A DNA stretch of 64,000 nucleotides from Octopus vulgaris (taxonomy: Eukaryota): contig OX597826.1 of NCBI GenBank assembly GCA_951406725.2, positions 67,146,001-67,210,000 of the forward strand. The letters run 5' to 3'. This document shows, piece after piece, positions 53,692 to 64,000 of the stretch. Position 1 is the stretch's first letter; each line of letters opens with the position of its first letter. The translations under genes and the position numbers were made by a program. Below the pieces are notes generated by a model. It worked only from the letters and a program-made list of their open reading frames with translations, made no database searches and was not told where the DNA came from.

Positions 53692-53890
53692 CTTTTCTAC
53701 TCGAGGCACATGGCCCGAAATTGGGGGGGGGGGCAGTCGATTAGATCGACCCCAGTACGTAACTGATACTTAATGTATCAATATATCGAAAGAATAAAAG
53801 GCAAAGTCGACCTGGGCGGAAGAATTTGAACTCAGAACGTAGCGGCAGACCAAATACTGCTAAGCTTTTCGCTCGACGTGCTAAAGATAT
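53692..53890 (-). mobile_element. SINE family A (older subfamily)
   Basis: gatcgaccccagtacgtaactg...aaggcaaagtcgacc...gaatttgaactcagaacgtagcggcagac. Confidence 0.75.
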
Positions 53891-53990
53891 TAGTGCATAT
53901 ATACATACACTCTCTCTCACACATACACTCATACATACACATTCATACAAACATACACACACACATGAATATATATATATATATATATAT

Positions 53991-54039
<49 letters not shown>

Positions 54040-54228
54040 GAGAGAAATACAGGTATGTAAGTACTTACAAAAATATTCGTACACACATTTTTGCACATAC
54101 AACGTATTATATCTGGCTTTGATGAATTTTCACGTCATGACACCCCCAAGAAAACACGTTCTTTTAACGGAATTATCACGATCTCAACTCTAAAGTTAAA
54201 CGTATACATGCATAACATTATACATGCT

Positions 54229-54297
<69 letters not shown>

Positions 54298-54313
54298 GTG
54301 TGTATACGCATTC

Positions 54314-54346
<33 letters not shown>

Positions 54347-55158
54347 GGTACATGTGTATGGCGGGTTGTGTGTGCTGGATAAACATTAATTTGGATGTGG
54401 TTATGTGTCTCCGTATATAAGAAAATTTTATATAAATATAAATTTCTTATTACTTTTACGAAAACAAACGTTGTAAGTGATAAAAGAAACTTTATATCAT
54501 CATTATTATTTGGGATCGAACCACACTTCCTTGCACTGTAATCAAAATTTTTATCATATATCATTGAGAAAGGATTGCGAGACGATTATAAGAAGAACTT
54601 GAGATAGAAAATCGAAACCGGGTCACTATGTTAGCTGTCTAATTATCTCATAGAACCACAGGAAAGACATTGACAAAATATAACTAATGAAATAGCAGAA
54701 AAAAATATTTCCTGGTTGTTATCTGAGATAAAAGGATTTTTAGGTGCTATAATCTCCAATAACACACATTCACAGTCACGTGTAAAAGTGTATAGTTGTT
54801 AAGGTTGTTTACTTGTAGGTCAAGTCATACATAAAAAGGAATTTGATGACACTAAATTGAAGCATTACTCAGTATTTCTATGCGTTGTATTTATAATCAC
54901 TTACTTTCTCAACGTAAGTTGTGACAATGGCACCAATGTTTCGGTTTGCTTGCCTCATTACACACTTTGATGGTGGGGGTGGGCGTTCAGAAAGTAATTT
55001 CGTAGTAATTGTCAGTTTTTTTTTACTTATACACATAACACACACACACACACGCACGTACACACGCGCGCGCGCGCACACACACAGACACGTACACACG
55101 CACGTACACGCACACACTCAAGCATACGTACATATATGTCTCTATATATATATGTATG

Positions 55159-55226
<68 letters not shown>

Positions 55227-55402
55227 ATCCAAACAAGAAAACACAAAAAAAATTAAAAAAAAACACACCAACGCGAGGACGTGGAACAAATAAAGTATTA
55301 TTGTACATTCATGCATACATATACATACATGCATATATATATATATATATACACTTGGAAATGGATGCGCTATGTTCAATTAAAAAATAAATAAATACAT
55401 AC

Positions 55403-55453
<51 letters not shown>

Positions 55454-55506
55454 TGTGTGTGTGTCTGTGTGCGTATGTATATATATATGTATATATATAT
55501 ATATAC

Positions 55507-55660
55507 GGTCACAGGAGTGTGACGACAGAACTCTGGCCGAAATAAGATTAAGATTAATGTAAAACTAAATAACGCTGAAGCAAAGAAACACCAAATATAT
55601 ACTGCGTGTGTTTTTATCGGCTAAACTGGCAAAAATGACCATTCCGAAATACAACAATAT
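55507..55660 (+). mobile_element. 5'-truncated relative of the 61547 hammerhead element
   Basis: Starts at stem II gtcaca(ggag)tgtgac. Ends aaaatgaccattccgaaatacaacaata, which matches the reverse complement of 61545-61573. Confidence 0.6.
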
Positions 55661-55716
55661 CTGTTTCAACACACGATAATTTCACATTAAAAATCTTGCA
55701 AAACAAATATATAAAC

Positions 55717-55972
<256 letters not shown>

Positions 55973-55986
55973 TCACACATATATAT

Positions 55987-56061
<75 letters not shown>

Positions 56062-56375
56062 GGCATATTTACAGTTTAGCTTTCACAGTGATTAACCAAG
56101 ATATCGAGCACATTTTGCAGCAAAAGATTTTTCTACTGCACCGCTTTTGACTCGGTTTCCAATATTAGATAACACTCATGGAGATCTCCTGGCATTTAAT
56201 TATAATAGTATTAAAAATAAAATAACGGATATGAAGGTTAAAGGACAAATTTAGTCTTCTTCCAAGGATAAAGGCCAGTTTTTAATTTTTAGTGTGAATC
56301 CTGAAAAAGAAAATTCAGATAACGCATATGTATATATACAATACATAGAGTATATATATATATATATATATATAT

Positions 56376-56775
56376 TATGTGAAATAGAAAGATGAATAAT
56401 CTTGTAGTAGATTAATCAAAAGTTTAACCGATACCTTAGTAGCAAAAATCACAGCAGTAAACAGCACGGTTGGAGGTACAACCATATGGTGTTGCAACCG
56501 TGCGTTGGTGCGGATAATTGAAATTAAAATATTATTGGTGAATTGAAGAAATGGAGCCCATGGGCTCTTAGGAGCCTAGTTCGATTTGTTTTTGCTCCGC
56601 CTCTGTTCTGTTTTTGTTTTTTCCAACGGATTTCCTATTTTCTTCCTGAAGAGAAAGACACAATTTGGTCCCTTTATTCAATCGGATTTTGGTAAATTGT
56701 GCCTTTCGAAACACGTGTAGAATGAAATAAAACGATTTCTGTTCAATCTGCGTTCAGCTCCATTTCTTCAATTCA

Positions 56776-56778
<3 letters not shown>
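56376..56778 (+). mobile_element. ~400-bp TA-embedded element with internal inversion and hammerhead
   Basis: 21-bp inverted copy ggtgaattgaagaaatggagc (56537) and gctccatttcttcaattcacc (56757). 5' end resembles the 32975 element. Confidence 0.75.
56636..56729 (+). ncRNA. Type-I hammerhead ribozyme candidate with intact core
   Basis: Stem I tattttcttc/gaatgaaata (9 of 10 pairs), CTGAAGA 56646-52, stem II gaaag.cacaattt/aaattgtg.ctttc, GAA, palindrome ACACGTGT. Predicted GUA cleavage after 56719; AATAAA follows. Confidence 0.85.
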
Positions 56779-56824
<46 letters not shown>

Positions 56825-56965
56825 TTATATATATATATAATATATATATACATATAAATATTATATATATATTGATTCATATACACGCATACACACATAT
56901 ATATATATATATACATACGTACACACACACACACATTCATTTATTCTCTTATAAATATGTGTATG

Positions 56966-57039
<74 letters not shown>

Positions 57040-60000
57040 ATATATGTATACACATAGACAAATACACGCACATACACGTATATACATATTTTCATCTATG
57101 CCTATCGATATATACTTATATTTGAAAATAATAGAAGTTAACGTATATCATACAAATAAGAGTGTAACACAACTTCATACATATTTTAGACAAATACACA
57201 TTGCGTTCGAAATCATTGATTTTCAGAACGATAATATAATAATATATTACTTGACGTAAACTTAACGGCATCTTAAAAATAAATTATATTTTCTCTTTGA
57301 AATTAAATATATTCTATTTAATTGAGCACTCTGGCAAACTATTAAACCACTCTTTTAGAAAATGTTCTTCCATAGTTTTAGGTTTGATTTGTATTTAACT
57401 TTTGTAAAATTTGAGATTTGCTTTTGATGTGTGTTTATATGTCTAATAGAGTGATGACTGTTAGAATTCGTTCTTCGGTGCTTGGCCTGTCTTTTCTCTC
57501 CGTCCGAACGTCAAGTTTTTTTTAAAAAAAAGTTTTACAATCATCATTGTCGTAGTATTAATGACGTTTAAAAAGCTTGATACCTTTTTCATAAGTATCT
57601 AAAAGATAATTAGATAAAAGATGACAGTACGTTTATTTGTTCCTTTCGTATAGATTCTTAATCTTATCAGATTTAACAAAAATAATGTGGCTATATTTTA
57701 ACAGTTAAATATTCTTTCGTACTTTGTTTTGAAAAGAATCAATGTATTTATTGAATTTAATATTACTTGATAGTAAAAAAAAATATCCACTTTGAGAAGT
57801 TGCAGTAAAATAGTTGGGGGGGAGGGGCGTTTCATGTTTTGAACCCTTAGTTTCTTTCTTTTTTTTTCTCTTGTGCTTTCAGTCATTTTTGTTTTATTAT
57901 TTTTATTCTGAAAAAAATAAAATTTCCATTTATTTCTTTGAAATATTTTGATTTCTGTTGTAAAATGCCATTTTCCGTATATTTCGCTACAAATATTGGT
58001 AGAGGATAGTCTTCGTATGATCGAGAACATTAAATTCCGGAGATACATTAATTCTATCCGAAACCCACTACAAAACAAAATTTAACTCTTAAAAACTATT
58101 ATCAACATTTTTGTTGAATCTGATAAGGCTGCGAATATATACGGTGATAAAAAATAAACATGCCACCATCTTTTATCTAATTCTATCACAAATACCTATA
58201 AAAACTTAACATGCTGCTTTAAATGATATTAATACTACCACTAAATATGTTCGCTGGGAAATTAAATATAGATAATAGAATAAATACCACGGGTGCACAA
58301 AGTCCGTACTATACACATAAAATCTACGATCTGAAACCTAACAATGGCTTGCTTATTAAACTCTAAAACAATCATAAACATATTTAGTCACACCAGTAAA
58401 AAAAAATTAAAAACTGCACAACCAGAGTCGAATCCATCCTTTCAAAACAATACTAATGTTCTCTTAAAACACTTCCTTTCCCGTTACTCCAATCCACTAA
58501 ACTGGCAAAAAATGAGTATTCCACCGCAGGACAGGTATTCCGTTCAAGGAGTGAATATAGACGCCACAGAATTCGGGAAACCGTCCTTATGAACCTAGAT
58601 CCCGGGAATGATGTGTGATCCTTACTTTTCTTTTCAATGCTCTCTTAATATGATTTCAGTGACATCCAATTAAAGTGCAAATATTTTTAACAGTATGATA
58701 TTTAATATAATATTATATGTAATATAATATTATATTTAATATAATATGATATTTAATATAATATACAATGTTGCAATCCATTCTAATCGTCCCTCTACGC
58801 ATTGCAAATATGTTACATCTATTCTACTATGATTCAAATTTATTTAGCGTCTTTGAACTTGAGTGGAAACACAGTAGCTTTGAGGAAAGTTAATGTTATT
58901 CTAGAAATATAAAGATTGTTAGAGCTGTATAAACACTTCTTATTTCTTTCAGAGAGTCTTTATACAAGAAGAATATCCACGTATTATCGAAAAAAAAATT
59001 ATGAACAAAATCTATTCATTGTCATCATGAAACTGAAATTTATTGAAGTTACACTGAATTAACAAAATTCTTTATACTGACACTTTTTGAAACGTACTTC
59101 AAAATCTGCATTTATATGCAATTTATTCTAATCATCCGAAGAATATTTATTGATGACACGATTAATAATGTATCCTTATGTCTCTATCCAAACGTTATAA
59201 TTATATAGCAAGTTCTTAAAATGAAACCCTGAGAGGATTCGGATAACATGACAGTATGAAATATATCCACAATATGATATTAACCCCAAATAAAATGGCT
59301 TAAATGGTATATGTCATATAATATAGCGTGGCACATCAGATCTTTAAATTAGAGCTGCAATTTATCCGACCGGCTTTAATACAATTTACATCAATCCTAC
59401 TTCGATTTGCTCGAAGTTATGTCAAAAGACAATGGCTCTTGTTGCCACACAATATAATTAAATTTCATTCTTACAAAGCTAAATTCTCAAATATGTATCC
59501 CCAAAATATTGTCAGCATCAACTGTAAAAAGCTTTCCTGTACAACATATACATAGAGTTGACGGAAAATGCCTTTAAAGTTCCTATAACTAACGTTTCGA
59601 TCTTTACGCATTCGTAATTTAAAATGATACATATTTCATTGTGGATCTTCATCTAGTCCCTAGAACATTGTGACGCACCTTATATAAGTTGGAAAAAAGG
59701 TTTTTTTCCCTGTAAACAGTATTGTAGTCACCAAAAGCCTCGTCACGTTGTACAGACACACCTAACGGAACCTCTTTCTCTTATATTTACTCAACAATCG
59801 TTTCGAATTTATTTCTGTTTGTAGAGACAAGGTGTTTAGAAGCATTAAATATTTTCAACCGATTTTATTTCCAAGTAAACAATTCACAAATTCAGTTATA
59901 AGTTGACAGTAAATATCCCTCATATGCTCTTTACAATTTATCAAAGGTCACACAAATACATAACATATACCAATCTTTCTTAACTCTCAACGCTGAAATA

Positions 60001-60480
60001 TAAGCTTTCCAAATACTAATTTCAGTTTACAAATTACCAATACATTGCGATTATAATACATCACATTTTCCATCAACTAGTTTGGAATATATCATCATTT
60101 TACATATTGAGAATGTCCTTTTCCACGTATCTATATAATTTATTTGTCCTGTCATTTTGTAGTCAGTTTTACATAGGCATGCATTTATTTAAACCGATTT
60201 CTGAATTTCCATTCTCCTACCAATTCTTATCATGGTTACTACGCCCATAAAATTTACTTAAGAATGACACTACACATTAATGAACAACTAGCAGCGTTAG
60301 ATTCTACCAATATCATATTCTTAAGAAAACTATTCAAACCAATAGTATGTTCTTACTAATGCATATTTATAGCTGCTAAATACTTCTGTAGAAAATAGAG
60401 ACGGAAAAGTGAATATTATATTTGTAAATCTTTAAATATTTTAACACAACTGAATAAATGACCATGACCAACAAACTTAG

Positions 60481-60513
<33 letters not shown>

Positions 60514-60567
60514 ACTAATATAAATAACATAAATATATGCACATATACACACGTACATGTACATACT

Positions 60568-60611
<44 letters not shown>

Positions 60612-61212
60612 TGTGTGTGTGGAGGGTCATAGGGACGTCACGCAACGTGTACAACAAAAAATACGAAGCACGAGTACATGGAACATGAACAATTCTTTCG
60701 AACAACGAAAGACACAAATGGAAAACAAAGCAAACAAAAATAAAAAACGACCCTTCATCTGTAGCTGGCTGTTTTTCTAATCTCGTATTTTGAGCCTTTA
60801 GCAACAATATACGCTTTCGATAAAACAGCTGCTTCTACAAAGCAAGTTAAATAAAATTTGCGATTTTGAGGAGGGTCAAAATTGGTTGCATAAACAGTAC
60901 AGTGAAAACAAACAGGAATGGCTGCTAAGCCTAAACGAGGTGTGGTGGCGAACATGCAAATCTATTTTATATTGAGAATATGTAGTCTATTGACTTTTTA
61001 TACACGCTAGGCCACTGGTAATGAAATTTCTTAAATAAACTCGCTACTCTATATATTTTACGTATATGATTTTAGCATTTTCAGAAGATTAGTTCGGTAC
61101 TTTTCATTTGCTGACGACTGAAACCACTCTTGCTCGAGGAATTTCAAAAATGATAATATATAATGATGAGACACGTGTTATTTGTCTCTAAATTAGGTTT
61201 GAAGGTTATGGC

Positions 61213-61287
61213 GCAGTCACTGATGAGAATTTCGTCTAGTAAATTATTTTATTTGCTAAATAAAATTCGAAACCTAGTCATGACTGT
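61213..61287 (+). ncRNA. Type-I hammerhead ribozyme candidate
   Basis: gcagtca-CTGATGA-gaattt..tagtaaat/atttgcta..aaattc-GAA-ac(cta)gt-C-a-tgactgt. 7-bp stem I, with one extra nucleotide after GUC. Confidence 0.7.
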
Positions 61288-61447
61288 AAAAAATAATAAG
61301 GTAAAAGTTTTCTTTTTCATCCCCTTCGAAGTTGCTCTTAAATGTGGTTTTGGTCGTTTTGACTGATTCTTCTAGCATGTAAAACTGCTTGTTAAAGTTC
61401 GCTTCTCTTGTGTTCAAATGTACTCTATTTTATATTGTGTATATACA

Positions 61448-61845
<398 letters not shown>

Positions 61846-63124
61846 CGCTTGCATAATATATATATATATATATATATATATGAAAGAAGGTTTGAAAATG
61901 CAATTTTAAAGATGTTTATTTACTTGACCATGACAATGGTTGACAAGGGGCAGCAGCAGACGGAGCCATTCGCTGTTCTGCTCAACCGAAGTGTACATGC
62001 TAAGATGTGAAACTCTTTTGACGCTGAGAGACTTGCTGAAAATTCGAAAGGGTTTGCAATAGTTTTAGTTCCCATCAGGAGAAGAGCATGCAGTAGTTGT
62101 AAGGAACACCATCAGTTTCTGCGGCCTGCAAATCATGTCTCATGTTTATTTCATTCTTATGAGGGAAACATTTTACATTTGAAACAAAGAACACGGAATA
62201 GTTAAAATAATTTTACACTCCGTGTTCTATTATATTGTAATGAAATTAATTTTCTTACAGCTATAGAATTCAGGAAGCTTAACAATTATATGTCTTTTAT
62301 TTGAATCAAGATTACAACCTTATCGTTTAGTATATATTTTCCCGAGAATTGTTATTCGTTTGCTTTCCATATCAGTCTTTTAAATATACCAACGAGATTT
62401 GATTAGCTTAAAGACATTTTTATTACCATTAAACTCATTTCGCCAAATACAAGGTATGTTTTCTTCATTTAAACATTCTAGCCAAGTTGTTTCTTTATAA
62501 TCATCAGTGTTGTAAAATGTTATTACAGGAATTAACATAGAACTTTCATGTGATACTATTTACAATATGTTTTCATGTTATTAAAGAAATTATACAAATT
62601 ATAGGATAATAATTTCCCTTCATACTGCTATTAGCAACCATTTCCAACTTCTTGTGAGTAATTTCACACATTCTTATGGTATATACTAAATATTTTCTCC
62701 TCTATAAACAAGTTTTTTAATCGCGAAAAATCAATATTCATCTTAGATACACACACGCAATTATAAGGTTACATTTTATTCACCATAACCTAACAGGGAT
62801 TTCAATTTTGAAGTAAATTCTGACCTTTTAATAACTTGAACAAGAAAAAACACCCATCCTTTAATGCAAATAATCGAACGCTAACAAACGTATCAGATAT
62901 TTACTTAGTTTTATTACTACGGCAACCAGCTACCCACCATTGACCTTACCCTTGTGTTAAGTAACGCAAATAGTATTCATCTAGACACATCAAACAGATG
63001 TCTTCATTGTTAATTATTTAGAGCCTCTGCTTTTAACTAATCATTATATATGCAATATATTTCTTCAAATACTGTTTGAGAAGATTGTTCCAGACGAACC
63101 TTTAACATCACAGAAAGGATTTTA

Positions 63125-63168
<44 letters not shown>

Positions 63169-63170
63169 TG

Positions 63171-63205
<35 letters not shown>

Positions 63206-63227
63206 TAAGAGGTATAGATATATATTC

Positions 63228-63303
<76 letters not shown>

Positions 63304-63555
63304 GTATATGCATATTCATACATATATCTATACTTATACGCATATATATGGATGTATATATATACATACATATATGTATATATATATACATGCATACATA
63401 TATATTTATATATGTGTGTGCACGTGTGTGTATGTATGCGTAGATATGATAATATACATACACATTTACACACATATTCACTTACACATATATGTATACG
63501 TATATGCATATACATACATATATCTATACAATTACACATATATATAAATGGATGC

Positions 63556-63587
<32 letters not shown>

Positions 63588-63749
63588 ATGTGTGTGTGCG
63601 TGTGTGTGTGTATATATATATATATATGCAGATATACAAACACATTTACGCACATATATACGTACACTTAGTCGTATAAAACAAAATCGGACTATGAAGT
63701 TTGATTGATTTATATAATATATACACGCACACACACACACACATTCACA

Positions 63750-63796
<47 letters not shown>

Positions 63797-64000
63797 AAAC
63801 GCGCGCGCACATCTTAAATTACTGGTTTTTCAACAGCGTTTCCTTTTCCATAACGTACTTATAGAACGTCTTTATAGCTGTATTTTGACAACAGTCTGTG
63901 TAAGAAGGATTGTAAACAAACCGTCTGCAGACTGTGTGTGCACGAACATAAAACGAACAAACAGTTATGAATACATTTCGAGTCTTCTAGAAATCTTTGT

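Noticed and set aside
62188-62228. Hairpin agaacacgga/tccgtgttct (and a 16-bp stem at 19384-19419)
   Set aside because: Too short for a pre-miRNA and plausible by chance in AT-rich DNA.

Overview
A eukaryotic, AT-rich, repeat-saturated 64 kb window in which I can support no host protein-coding exon. The (TA)n/(CA)n/(ATAC)n/(GATA)n/(AAT)n microsatellites and the SINE repertoire suggest an octopus (coleoid cephalopod) intergenic region or giant intron; this is inference. Almost all ORFs in the supplied track are microsatellite translations. Real coding signal comes only from transposons: an uninterrupted C-terminal R4/Dong-type LINE ORF (CCHC finger plus restriction-like endonuclease) beside a 100-N gap, and decayed relics of Penelope (GIY-YIG), CR1, RTE, a zinc-knuckle LINE ORF1, mariner and hAT. 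The most notable pattern is about 18 intact or decayed minimal type-I hammerhead-ribozyme folds (CUGANGA-stem II-GAA-palindromic stem III-NUH-stem I), mostly in short non-coding inserts at (TA)n tracts and belonging to several unrelated families. One lies in the terminal repeat of a Penelope GIY-YIG relic, one family has a recurring non-canonical CUGUCGA core, and one is joined to a tRNA-derived Pol III head (a candidate Penelope-mobilised SINE). Also present are a ~555-bp non-coding element found only in (TAA)n, several long fold-back hairpins and a decayed 33-bp/11-codon repeat. All folds and alignments were made by eye; no searches were run.
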